Below are positions 1 through 8,792 of a DNA stretch of 39,471 nt, one piece after another. The DNA is from a virus (Duplodnaviria; Caudoviricetes). The notes under the pieces are model-generated. The model saw nothing but the letters and a program-made list of their open reading frames with translations. It had not been told where the DNA came from and did not search any database. The stretch spans positions 1 through 39,471 of IMG/VR virus record IMGVR_UViG_3300020464_000009; one strand, given 5' to 3'. Made by a program: the position numbers and the translations under genes. Position 1 is the stretch's first letter; every line of letters begins with the position of its first letter.

Positions 1-529
1 TAACGACGGGCTCAGACTCAGGCGTCGGCTCGGGCGTCGGCTCGGGCGTCGGTAAAGCGGCTACTTGATCAGGATCAAGAGGCCAAACTCCATAATCACT
101 GTCTGCACCAGTGTTTGTAGTGATATATGTCTCTAATTCAGCGACAGTGGTGACTGCATCGATAGCAGTTTGCTTAGTCGAGGCCGCCACACGGATGCTT
201 TGACGCCAATCAGACCAATCAGAGGGAATAGCTACGGCAGTGTCTGCTTTACGGATGGCGTACCAGTCAGACGGTGCAAGTAAAGAGTTAGCAGTTTCGG
301 ATGTTTTACTTTTCCAGAGAGTTTTTAGATCATCGATATTTTTAGGATTATCTACGCCCCACCAAAATCTCTGATCGTAACTCGGAGTAAATGGATCAGG
401 CTGTTCAACAATACCAATGGCTTGTTTTTCAGCCAAAGTCGTTAAACGAAGCCAGTTTGCAGGGTAATTGATACCGTCGTGTGAAAAAGGACGGTCATAC
501 TGCAGTGTTTTTCCGTCGAGAACTAACAC
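1..529 (-). CDS. Tail-fibre assembly chaperone-like protein (runs off the window edge; not in ORF track)
   Basis: Manual translation from GTG at 529 gives MLVLDGKTLQYDRPFSHDGINYPANWLRLTTLAEKQAIGI...ANSLLAPSDWYAIRKAD...WSDWRQSIR...VWP...PTPEPTPEPTPESEPVV. The LL..SDW / W..WRQ.LR / WP pattern is typical of phage tail assembly chaperones, and the gene lies directly downstream of the large fibre gene. Confidence 0.75.
   Translation of the reverse strand, partial: MLVLDGKTLQYDRPFSHDGINYPANWLRLTTLAEKQAIGIVEQPDPFTPSYDQRFWWGVDNPKNIDDLKTLWKSKTSETANSLLAPSDWYAIRKADTAVAIPSDWSDWRQSIRVAASTKQTAIDAVTTVAELETYITTNTGADSDYGVWPLDPDQVAALPTPEPTPEPTPESEPVV
21..52. repeat. 12-bp tandem repeat (GGCGTCGGCTCG x2.7) encoding a (PTPE)n linker
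   Basis: Units at 21-32 and 33-44 plus a partial unit at 45-52, seen directly. Confidence 0.9.
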
Positions 530-576
530 GGCGACTTCGATACTTTATAAGTTAAGTATAACCGTTAAACCAGATA

Positions 577-3500
577 TTATCGCGCACGGGCGGTCTTGAA
601 GGGATGCGAAGCAAATGCTGCATACACATACGTGTACCCAGATGCGTTTGCTCCTGCATTAGTGCCTTTGCACTTAAAACCGTTAGATAAAATATCTATA
701 CCAAGAACAGCAGCTTCTGCCTCTGCATTGCTTAAATTAGCGTAAATCGTTGCGTCCGCAAGATTGTGCGGATCTCGTTCAGTATCAAGAATTAACCAAT
801 GCTCGCCTGAGTTGCTTGATGACTTCACCATAAGCCACCTAGGACGCATTCCGGTGAACACGAACGGACCATCAGCTGAACCGTTGCCGGTGTACGAACC
901 AAACGCGCTATACCCTTCGACAGGTGCAAAGCAATAGGCGATTAGATCAGCTCCGTTTGTATTCACACCCAACGTTCCAGCGCCTAGAGAGAATAGTGAG
1001 CTGGTTGGACGAGTGTTGTTCCATGCGTTGTAGTCGGCTTTGGCATCACCTGCATTTAAGAGCAATGATTCGTCTGCGCCAATACCAATGTGAGCCACTT
1101 GCCAGTTATACGAATTATCACGATCTTTTACGATAATCATTTGCGGCGCAGCATTTAAGCCATGGCCAACAGTTACAGCAGATGAACTCCCGGTATAACT
1201 AACAACCGAGAAACCAGCAGACGGATTAGCGCGGACGCTAGAAGTGATACTGCCGTCAGTGTTGCTCACCGTTGACGTTCCACCGTCCCATGTCCAGCCG
1301 ACATAAGTACTGCTGCCATCATTTACAGTGCTACTGGTTCCAATAGAAAACCCGTTACTTAAAAAGGCATTCAAGTAAGCAGTCTCAGTTCCTTCCGATT
1401 GCGTATCGTTAGGGACAAGATTTTTAGTGGCTCCACGCACTGTATCCTGCAAACTATGGAGTGCAGTGCCACTACGCTGTTTAATCCATACCAAGTCAGG
1501 GCTAAAACCTAAGCCAGTGATATCCCTTTGCGTATCATTACCATTCCACAGCTTCACATCAAACGCCGTCGAACCATCGGCAATCGTTGGGTCGGCGAGA
1601 TTAGTGGTACAGAGACTTACATAGTCTGTTGGTGGCGTGTACGCAAATGGCCTAGAGCCATAATTAATAATGTAAGTTGCTGTTGCTGAGTTGTCATAGT
1701 CGGTTACGCAAAACGCCCAGCCAACGTCAGTCCTTACATTCGTAAATTGAGTGCCTTGTGCTACGCCGTTTTTATAGCATTGAACAGTTCCGTTTCCGGC
1801 ATCAAAAGCCCAGCCAAGAATATCGCCAACACCAAAAGTTGCCGTGGCGGTTCCCACTGTCGCCGCACCAGAGGCAGCAGTTACAGCACCGTTATAGCCA
1901 ATATAAACTTGAAAGCCTTTTTTTTCTGATGGAATATTTGAATTTCCTTGTTCGTAATCACTGTCAGTAGGAAGCATTCCAACCATCGTGTAGTTGCTGC
2001 CACTTAGAGCACTTAGTTGGAACTCCCAGTACCATTTCCCAGTGCCGGGTGGAGTGTAGAAATTAACAGTTTCAAGCGGATAGCCAGAACCGCCACTCGT
2101 AGTTGCTTGCAGATTGCCGTTGCTAAATGTTGAAGATGATTGACTCAGCGGGTTCCAAGTTGGATAGTTTCCGCCATTGTTGCCAGAAGCTGCCGTGTAA
2201 TTCGTCGGCGTGTCGATCAGGCTGTCAATATCTTTTGCTGCTGGATCAGCAACACCAGAATCCACCAAAAGTACGCCGTCAACCTCCACACCACCCAGGT
2301 AGGGTCCGACTAAGCCCGAATTGGTAAGTTGAATGCTAGTTAACTGTCCACCAAGCGTGGCAGCAGTTAAGGTAACAGGAACATTGTAATTATTTGTTCC
2401 GGTAATGTAACTGCCATTAACGCGAGTGCCATACGAGGTTCCGTTTGTTGCGTTGTAAACATAAACAATAACTGAAGTATTAACTGTAATAGGACTTGAT
2501 GGCGTCCAGGTCATCGTTGCATCAGAAGCACCGAAAGTAACATCAGTGCTTGTGGTAATAATGCCGTCAAAAGCTTTGTCCCAGTCAAAATTAGCGGTGT
2601 ATGGAGTACCAGAACCTGAAGAACTCCAGGTCTGACTTTGATCCCAACTAGAGCCAACAGCCGTCAGGTTATTAACCGTCCAAGTATTGCTGTTCCCACT
2701 GCTATCCGTTCCAAGCGCAGCGTTGCTGCTGTTGTCGGAAAAGTCGAGGTGGAAACCGTTTACGCCTGCAGGGGTTACAAGACTTGCCGTGCCAGATGGA
2801 CTTGTATCGTTAAACAACAGGTTATACAACGACCACCCATCATTTGCCGTATAAATCTCAAACGACGAAATATCTGTAGAGCTAATAGTATGACTAGCTT
2901 GCGCCCAACTTGAATTAGTACTTAGGTTAGTAAAAACATCTACGCCGTTTATTCTGATGTTATAAGCTGAGTTTACGCTGTATCCGCCTCCGTTGTACTT
3001 AATGCTAGTAACGCCTGTAATCGGTGGTGAAAACTCAACTTTAATTGAGCCTGCGCCACTTGATGCCTGAGAGTAGAAATATGCTCCTCCACCATTGACG
3101 TGACTAACATTGCCGTAGCCGACAGTAGAGGGGCTAATTGTTACTGCTGGATAAGACGGAATTGATGCAGCAGTGTTATATGTCCCTTCAAACTGCTTAG
3201 GGTTCCAAACATTATTTGAATCAAGCTCACCGAAGTCAGTCGGCGCAAGTGCTTGACCGTCGATGAAGTGATAGTCAGCAAGATAACCGTCAAAATAACC
3301 ACTGGTCAAATTTCCAAAACGGCCAATAGCATGTAATGCAGTGTTATTGACAAGCGTATCGTAATTCTGTGATGGGTAAGTTGCTGTAGAGAATGAAGTC
3401 TCCTGCACTCCATTTATATATATTTTTACTCGATCTGAAGTCGTCGATTGTGTTGTATCTACAGCGACTACCACGTGATGCCACGCTGAAGGATCACGGA

Positions 3501-3813
3501 AAACACGGTTAGTAATAAGATTCCATTGCCAGCTAGTTGTCCATGTCCCTACATACAATGTGTTTGAGGAGTATTGAACATATATCCCGTTATCGCCGCT
3601 GCTAGCGACACCGTTGCACAGCAAACTTCCATTACTAGAAGTTTTTACCCACGTACTTAATGTCCAAGTTTTTCCGTTACCTGCAGTTGACGGAGTTCTA
3701 CTTAAATATGCACTATCAGCACTGTTAAACCGCAAGCTCCGGTCCACCTGGTGATCACCACCGGCTTGAGCAGCAGCTGCTTCAAAAAACTGTTGAGCCT
3801 GTCCAGGTATCAT
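577..3813 (-). CDS. Large tail fibre / receptor-binding protein with ConA(LamG)-like and SPRY-like domains
   Basis: 1078 aa, Ser/Thr/Gly/Asn-rich. N-terminal SLRFN...WTLSTWVK...WHHVVVAVDTT...YINGVQ LamG-like domain; GKWYWEF...GDILGWAFD...YKNGV SPRY-like domain; C-terminal GFSPDLVWIKQR / GMRPRWLMVK repeats common in marine phage fibres. Confidence 0.8.
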   Translation of the reverse strand: MIPGQAQQFFEAAAAQAGGDHQVDRSLRFNSADSAYLSRTPSTAGNGKTWTLSTWVKTSSNGSLLCNGVASSGDNGIYVQYSSNTLYVGTWTTSWQWNLITNRVFRDPSAWHHVVVAVDTTQSTTSDRVKIYINGVQETSFSTATYPSQNYDTLVNNTALHAIGRFGNLTSGYFDGYLADYHFIDGQALAPTDFGELDSNNVWNPKQFEGTYNTAASIPSYPAVTISPSTVGYGNVSHVNGGGAYFYSQASSGAGSIKVEFSPPITGVTSIKYNGGGYSVNSAYNIRINGVDVFTNLSTNSSWAQASHTISSTDISSFEIYTANDGWSLYNLLFNDTSPSGTASLVTPAGVNGFHLDFSDNSSNAALGTDSSGNSNTWTVNNLTAVGSSWDQSQTWSSSGSGTPYTANFDWDKAFDGIITTSTDVTFGASDATMTWTPSSPITVNTSVIVYVYNATNGTSYGTRVNGSYITGTNNYNVPVTLTAATLGGQLTSIQLTNSGLVGPYLGGVEVDGVLLVDSGVADPAAKDIDSLIDTPTNYTAASGNNGGNYPTWNPLSQSSSTFSNGNLQATTSGGSGYPLETVNFYTPPGTGKWYWEFQLSALSGSNYTMVGMLPTDSDYEQGNSNIPSEKKGFQVYIGYNGAVTAASGAATVGTATATFGVGDILGWAFDAGNGTVQCYKNGVAQGTQFTNVRTDVGWAFCVTDYDNSATATYIINYGSRPFAYTPPTDYVSLCTTNLADPTIADGSTAFDVKLWNGNDTQRDITGLGFSPDLVWIKQRSGTALHSLQDTVRGATKNLVPNDTQSEGTETAYLNAFLSNGFSIGTSSTVNDGSSTYVGWTWDGGTSTVSNTDGSITSSVRANPSAGFSVVSYTGSSSAVTVGHGLNAAPQMIIVKDRDNSYNWQVAHIGIGADESLLLNAGDAKADYNAWNNTRPTSSLFSLGAGTLGVNTNGADLIAYCFAPVEGYSAFGSYTGNGSADGPFVFTGMRPRWLMVKSSSNSGEHWLILDTERDPHNLADATIYANLSNAEAEAAVLGIDILSNGFKCKGTNAGANASGYTYVYAAFASHPFKTARAR

Positions 3814-4586
3814 TGGAGATCTAAAACAGCAACGGATTGAATCTCAGTCGGGGACGAAACATAGAACGAGATTACGTCAACCCCACTAGCTGTAGTCGTG
3901 AGTGTCGGTGCAGTGCCGCCAGCAAAATTGAACACCGCATTGTAAGCAAGCGTACGCGATCCTGTACTATCTTGGCGGATCGTAATAGCGCCACACTGAC
4001 CGCCGCTGGCGTTCGTCGGTGCACCAAGGGTAGAAGTCCCATCAAGGACAAATTCAAAATTATTTGCAGAAGCAAAATCAAGTGTAATTGTGCCATTACG
4101 AACGCCTTGATTTCCAACCTCACCGATCGATTGATCTTTGATGGTTACAGTGCCTGTAATAGGTCCACCCGTCTTGTCGTATTTACCTGAAACGTCAGTA
4201 AGTGCTGCGTTACCTGAAGCAAGAGCAGCTGACGCATCAACAATCGCAGCATTACCTGAAGCAAGTGCTGCAGCAGCGTCAACAAGCGCGGCATTGCCAG
4301 AAGCCTGAGCGGCGTTACCTGAAGCAATTGCAAGAGAAATACCTGCGTTACCTGAGGCGAGTGCTTCTAAAGAATCAGTTAGAGCAGCATTACCAGAAGC
4401 AAGAGCTTCAACAGCAATTTCTAATGCTGCACCACCCGAAGCAGAAGCGTGATATCTACCATCTAAAACGTCAATTCCTATTCGTTTATTATCAAAACTG
4501 CTGCCCGAAACAGTTACGAGCGCCAGGATATCGCCCGACGCTACGGTCGTTTGAGCTGGAAATTGGGATATCTTCTGGCTAGGCAT
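3810..4586 (-). CDS. Tail fibre adaptor / minor structural protein with ASGNA repeats
   Basis: 258 aa with six ASGNA repeats. The C-terminal ITIRQDSTGSRTLAY...FAGGTAPTLTTTASGVDVISF domain is typical of proteins encoded next to phage fibres. Its stop overlaps the fibre start. Confidence 0.7.
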   Translation of the reverse strand: MPSQKISQFPAQTTVASGDILALVTVSGSSFDNKRIGIDVLDGRYHASASGGAALEIAVEALASGNAALTDSLEALASGNAGISLAIASGNAAQASGNAALVDAAAALASGNAAIVDASAALASGNAALTDVSGKYDKTGGPITGTVTIKDQSIGEVGNQGVRNGTITLDFASANNFEFVLDGTSTLGAPTNASGGQCGAITIRQDSTGSRTLAYNAVFNFAGGTAPTLTTTASGVDVISFYVSSPTEIQSVAVLDLQ

Positions 4587-4588
4587 AA

Positions 4589-5077
4589 TTAGAGTGCACC
4601 TTCTGTGTCAATTCTAAAGCCATCTTCATCCAGGATAGCATCTACAACCAAGCCAGATGCAGTCTCCATAAGAAGGATCGATGTAGTGTTATTAATAAAA
4701 ATGGGTCTTTTTAATTCAACAGCCAATCGATCGGCTGTTAATGCTGTGCCCACACGGGTTAAATAAAGACCTACAGCCGCAGTTGCTGCTACACCAGAAG
4801 CGAATATATCGTACTCAGCTAAACCTCCATCATTAGATGGGTGTAAAAAAAGTGCAGTTCCTGGTGTGAAAGAGGCACTCGGTATTGTTGATACCGAGTC
4901 AACGTTACACCGAAAACTTTGACCTTCAAGAACTGTGTCCTGGGCAACGCCCGCACAAGCTGCTAAATCAATGTTGCCACCGTCAGCCTGGGTCCTTAGA
5001 GCAAGACCAGATGAGTTGATATAAACTGCCTGACCAGCAGTAATAGTCTCACCTGCAACAAGGCTGACGATTGCCAT
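4589..5077 (-). CDS. Minor structural protein (capsid cement/decoration-like N-terminus)
   Basis: The AGETITAGQAVYI...ACAGVAQ pattern resembles DUF2190-type decoration proteins; located in the structural operon. Confidence 0.5.
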   Translation of the reverse strand: MAIVSLVAGETITAGQAVYINSSGLALRTQADGGNIDLAACAGVAQDTVLEGQSFRCNVDSVSTIPSASFTPGTALFLHPSNDGGLAEYDIFASGVAATAAVGLYLTRVGTALTADRLAVELKRPIFINNTTSILLMETASGLVVDAILDEDGFRIDTEGAL

Positions 5078-5101
5078 TTTTATTTACTGTTTAACATCAC
5101 T

Positions 5102-5221
5102 TTAGCGCCCCTGACCTCTCAATTTTTTCTTACCGCGACGCTTTGGACGGGAGTTCGTACCCTGACCTTGACAAGTCGTCTTTGGTTTGGAGGCGATGTA
5201 GTTACCGTTTTTGGCTGCCAT
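5102..5221 (-). CDS. Small highly basic peptide, 39 aa (not in ORF track)
   Basis: ATG at 5221, TAA at 5102-5104: MAAKNGNYIASKPKTTCQGQGTNSRPKRRGKKKLRGQGR. It fills the gap between neighbouring genes, and the RGQGR ending resembles small basic proteins of marine phages. Confidence 0.75.
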   Translation of the reverse strand: MAAKNGNYIASKPKTTCQGQGTNSRPKRRGKKKLRGQGR

Positions 5222-5245
5222 GGGTTTGGTAAAAGCGTCCTGATA

Positions 5246-6058
5246 TTAAGTGCTAATCCAGGTGGTGCCATTCCAAACTTTAAGTGCTGAATCAATCGTG
5301 TCGTACCAACCAGCACCAGCGACAGGAGGACTTGGAGGAGCAGCGCCGTAAGCAACGCTTCTTTGCGGACCAGTTTCATACCAGCCACTCGTCTGCGCGT
5401 CGTAAACAAAAAGTGAACCCGCGAGTTGGTTAAACCAAATGCTTCCGTGACGAGCAGGTGCATTTTCACCACCACCCGACGGAGGAAGGTCACTCATAAG
5501 AGCAATGCCCTCGGCGTTTGTTTGATACCAGTCAGGAGATCCAACGTCGTTGCCTGATGCATAAACAAACAGACGACCTTCGTTTGTATCGAACCAAAGG
5601 TCACCTGCTGAGTAACCTGTACCAGGTGCTCCAGATACAGTGACGCTCGCTCCACCACCTGGTGAAGAACTTGCAGATCCGCTGTATACAGCAGTATTCG
5701 AATCGTAAGCAAGCGAAACCGAGCCTTCAGCCCGTGAATCTAAGTTGAGTAAAACTAAATCTCCACTGATCGAAGCATATAAACCAGAACCGGCAGTAAT
5801 ACCAGAGGTGACTACAGGAGCACCTCCACCAGCACTAATACCACTTGTCGTAGAATTTAAATCTTCAAGAGCCCTTACTACGCCTTCGAAGTTGGCGGGG
5901 TAGCCGTAGGGGCATCTCGTAAAACTTGTAGTTCCCACGCCGCTAATAGTGTCGATGAGTTGATCGATAACCGTCACAATTCCGAAGAAGTTGTGAGGGT
6001 GTCTTGCCCTAGGGAGATCGCCGTGAAGTGGACAAGCAGGGCTATTGCGTTCAGGCAT
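5246..6058 (-). CDS. Tail/structural protein with three G-x-x-W-[FY]-[DN]...L-x-V-[YW] repeats
   Basis: Modules GDLWFDTNEGRLFVY, GSIWFNQLAGSLFVY and GAGWYDTIDSALKVW; strong SD (AAGGAGGTG) upstream. Confidence 0.7.
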   Translation of the reverse strand: MPERNSPACPLHGDLPRARHPHNFFGIVTVIDQLIDTISGVGTTSFTRCPYGYPANFEGVVRALEDLNSTTSGISAGGGAPVVTSGITAGSGLYASISGDLVLLNLDSRAEGSVSLAYDSNTAVYSGSASSSPGGGASVTVSGAPGTGYSAGDLWFDTNEGRLFVYASGNDVGSPDWYQTNAEGIALMSDLPPSGGGENAPARHGSIWFNQLAGSLFVYDAQTSGWYETGPQRSVAYGAAPPSPPVAGAGWYDTIDSALKVWNGTTWIST

Positions 6059-6112
6059 TTAAATAGTCCACCTCCTTATATCAGTCTATCTGAGTATTCC
6101 TCGAATTTAATC

Positions 6113-6271
6113 TTACCCGTTATTCGATGTGTCTGAAAATCTCAAAGTTTCTTTGTCCTCGTGAAAAGCAAGTTCTTCAGCGAGTTTCCAGGCAGGGATA
6201 CCTAGTTGATTAGCTCTTTTTCGAATCGTTTGCCAAGTCGGAGGAGATTCGGAATTGCAGGTGAGTCGCAT
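6113..6271 (-). CDS. Small hypothetical protein (52 aa)
   Basis: ATG at 6271 (MRLTCNSESPPTWQTIRKRANQLGIPAWKLAEEL...) is preferred over the upstream GTG of the ORF track. Confidence 0.55.
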   Translation of the reverse strand: MRLTCNSESPPTWQTIRKRANQLGIPAWKLAEELAFHEDKETLRFSDTSNNG

Positions 6272-6368
6272 GATACTTAATCTATTAATCAAATTGTATA
6301 ACACTATGACTCACACTGCCTTCCACAAGAGCTTGCGACTGTTGTTACCTAATAAAGTCCGTCAGAAC

Positions 6369-6550
6369 GCTTAAATCTAAGCAGTGTGTCCCTTAATTCG
6401 TATCTATATAGACGTCTAAGTATACGTATTAAGTAATTAAATTAGAAAAGTAGGAGTTTTTGGCCTCTGTGTCCGTGCAACAGCATCTTTATCGACACCT
6501 GACACCAGCCAGCACGTATGGAAAAACCTTCAAGTGAAAAAGTCTTTTTC
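6369..6550. promoter_or_regulatory. AT-rich divergent intergenic region with nested palindromes (promoter/origin candidate)
   Basis: Largest non-coding gap, located at a strand switch. Palindromes TCTATATAGA (6403-6412), TAGACGTCTA (6409-6418), ATACGTAT (6422-6429) and GAAAAAG-T-CTTTTTC (6536-6550). Confidence 0.45.
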
Positions 6551-6620
6551 TTTTGAAAATCTGTTGATACTACCCTTCTGTGCGTTCTGTGTGTTAGTCT
6601 CTTAAGACAAGAACATCAAC

Positions 6621-7310
6621 ATGCTTATGAACACTCGCGACGCCCGTCTGGCGGCGCTTTTAGGGCTTCTTCAGCCTTCGGCACCCGTTCGTCCGCCTGG
6701 TCAGCCAACTTCTCAGATCATCCGTGGGCACTGGGACGTCCTGGATTACGGTGATGTTGTCGTTTGGTCCTGCCGGTGTGGTCGATCTGAGCCGATCACT
6801 ATCAGCTCTCAGGACTCAGCAAACGTGTTGCTTCCTTTCGATGGCATCCACGCCTGTGAGATCTGTCGAGAAGAGCACCAAAAGGCTACCTATAAGTCCG
6901 AGCGTCTCCTTGCGTGGCTCAACATGCATCGAGCAACCCTCGATCCCAAGGCTTGTCTGGAGTTTCCGGACGACGGAGGTCTGTACAAAGGACCCAATGA
7001 CGCTCACTACCAACGCACAAGGAGGTTTATCTTCACTCAATTCTGGAGAAAAGAGGTTAAATCAGAGCACTGTGTGCGCTCCAAGTGCTGTAATCCAAAG
7101 TGTATCAACCCTCATCACCTATGTCTAACAACAAAGGACACAACACTTCCCTTGGCAGCTCGCCAAACGGTGGAAGCTCTTATCAGACAAAAGATTTCCC
7201 CCGGAACCATCAAGCAGCTTTTGCACGAGAAGCTCTCTATAGAGCTGTCAGAGAGATCAATTCGAAGAATAAAAAGAGATATAACCAAATCCAAAAGCTG
7301 CGTTTTTTAA
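6621..7310 (+). CDS. HNH/His-Cys-box endonuclease-like Zn protein with C-terminal HTH
   Basis: VRSKCCNPKCINPHHLCL matches the C.NP.C.NP.HL zinc loop of phage HNH nucleases; additional CxC and CxxC motifs; C-terminal IELSERSIRRIK recognition-helix-like segment. Confidence 0.6.
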   Translation: MLMNTRDARLAALLGLLQPSAPVRPPGQPTSQIIRGHWDVLDYGDVVVWSCRCGRSEPITISSQDSANVLLPFDGIHACEICREEHQKATYKSERLLAWLNMHRATLDPKACLEFPDDGGLYKGPNDAHYQRTRRFIFTQFWRKEVKSEHCVRSKCCNPKCINPHHLCLTTKDTTLPLAARQTVEALIRQKISPGTIKQLLHEKLSIELSERSIRRIKRDITKSKSCVF

Positions 7311-7534
7311 TTTATGAGTTACAGTCCCTTCAACCGACTGATGTAAACGAATTATCTGAGGCTTTGGGTCAGTCTCAGGCGACTACTCGCGAGCAGCTTA
7401 AAAAACTTAGAAAGCTCGATCTTGTTACTAGGACCCGATTTGAACACCACACGCTCTATTGCATCAATGGGAATTTCAACAAATACATCGAGGACATTCT
7501 CGAATCATTCCACTTCGGAAGTAAGGCCTCATAA
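7121..7534 (+). CDS. Winged-helix (ArsR/MarR-like) DNA-binding protein
   Basis: PTDVNELSEALGQSQATTREQLKKLRKLDLVTR is a canonical wHTH. The start is uncertain: ATG 7121, GTG 7100, or fusion by frameshift. Confidence 0.65.
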   Translation: MSNNKGHNTSLGSSPNGGSSYQTKDFPRNHQAAFAREALYRAVREINSKNKKRYNQIQKLRFLIYELQSLQPTDVNELSEALGQSQATTREQLKKLRKLDLVTRTRFEHHTLYCINGNFNKYIEDILESFHFGSKAS

Positions 7535-7928
7535 ACCTTCTCTTTGGGAAGAAAAATACATTATTTCAAATCTGCCGCCTTGGATTTACTCCGATAACGA
7601 GCCTCCTACTTCTGTCAAAGACTGTGAGGCAAAAATCTCAGCTATCGGTTACACAATTACTGACATTGATTTACAAATTGACATACGTCAATCCGAGTGT
7701 GCAATGGGTAGTAGTCGATATAAATCAAGTTTTGACTTTGAAAAATGGCGTTGTCAAGCTCTCAAAGCTAAACAGTCACAATACTACTTACTCAACGCAC
7801 ACAAATATTGGTTGATCTTGAATGCTTCACAACCTCTTGACGTGTCTCGAAAGCTCGATAAGCTGATCGAGTTACTCGTTGAGGACTCGCCCGACTTTCA
7901 CCAACAAGCACAGGCGCTCCTAGACTGA
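7422..7928 (+). CDS. Hypothetical protein
   Basis: Long helical-looking ORF in the plus-strand cassette; the true start is probably downstream (e.g. ATG 7467). Confidence 0.6.
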   Translation: MLLGPDLNTTRSIASMGISTNTSRTFSNHSTSEVRPHKPSLWEEKYIISNLPPWIYSDNEPPTSVKDCEAKISAIGYTITDIDLQIDIRQSECAMGSSRYKSSFDFEKWRCQALKAKQSQYYLLNAHKYWLILNASQPLDVSRKLDKLIELLVEDSPDFHQQAQALLD

Positions 7929-8031
7929 CCTCGATCGTTTTGTAAGAAACGGCTTAACGGTCACGGAAGGTTGAGGTAGCGTTTTACCGTTTTCCGCCCT
8001 CACGCAAGTCGCCCTAATTGCCTGACGTCAG

Positions 8032-8385
8032 GTGATTGAGGGGATCCTTCCTACTGAAATGTTTACTGAATCAATTAAAAAAGAGATCAAATTAATCACA
8101 GATCTTTTGAGCAGCATCGATGTATCGCTGCAAATGATGGCTAACAAGCACAACCGAAAAACAACAGCTTTTGTAAATCGAAAAACAATTGCTCAACGTC
8201 TTGGTGTGCCTACGGTCACTATCGATAAATTAATTTTTCAGGGTCTTTCTTCTAAAGGAGCTTCTGGTCTTATAGAGGGGAAACACTACTGCAAACTCGA
8301 TCCTCAAGAAAACAACAGTTCAAAGTTTCTGTATGATCCGTATGAAATCCTTCAGGCCGCTTGGAGCAATTTTAAGTATGAGTAA
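8032..8385 (+). CDS. Excisionase/MerR-like HTH protein
   Basis: HTH RKTIAQRLGVPTVTIDKLI followed by GLIEGKHY wing. Confidence 0.55.
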   Translation: MIEGILPTEMFTESIKKEIKLITDLLSSIDVSLQMMANKHNRKTTAFVNRKTIAQRLGVPTVTIDKLIFQGLSSKGASGLIEGKHYCKLDPQENNSSKFLYDPYEILQAAWSNFKYE

Positions 8386-8791
8386 CGAAGCAGTAAATCG
8401 TCTCCGCCGAATGATTTCTCAAGGCAGTGAAGTTGAGCGCAAACTCAGTGCAGGTGTTTTTAGAAGCATCATTAGTGACATGATCACTCTGTACGAAGAA
8501 AACAGAAAATACAGAGGTAAAGGTGTTCTTGTCTTCAACCCCACGGAACCGATGGCAAGTAAGTACTGCACAATCCAAGATCTTGAAGCGGACTTGTCTA
8601 TCGCGCAAGAAGCTATGTCTAGTGATCTTGAAGATATGTTCAAAAAAGTAATTTATTTCGTCGAAAAGGAAAGTAACTCCGGTCTTGCCCTAGTCGCTTT
8701 TTATGAAGAAGATCACCTTGAGTTAATGCGTCTCGACCCCGAGCACGCTAATGAAGTTATTGATTCCGCTACCAACGGTCTAATCCTCTGA
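8378..8791 (+). CDS. Hypothetical protein
   Basis: ATG 8378 overlaps the upstream stop (coupled start); acidic alpha/beta-looking protein. Confidence 0.6.
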   Translation: MSNEAVNRLRRMISQGSEVERKLSAGVFRSIISDMITLYEENRKYRGKGVLVFNPTEPMASKYCTIQDLEADLSIAQEAMSSDLEDMFKKVIYFVEKESNSGLALVAFYEEDHLELMRLDPEHANEVIDSATNGLIL

Positions 8792-8792
8792 C

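Noticed and set aside
4200-4410. CRISPR-like or DGR-like repeats (recurring TTACCTGAAGCAA)
   Set aside because: These are in-frame coding repeats (ASGNA) with synonymous variation and irregular spacing; no cas or reverse transcriptase gene is in the window.
5119-5493. 124-aa minus-strand ORF in the ORF track
   Set aside because: It overlaps the 5246..6058 gene and the better-supported 5102..5221 peptide in other frames.
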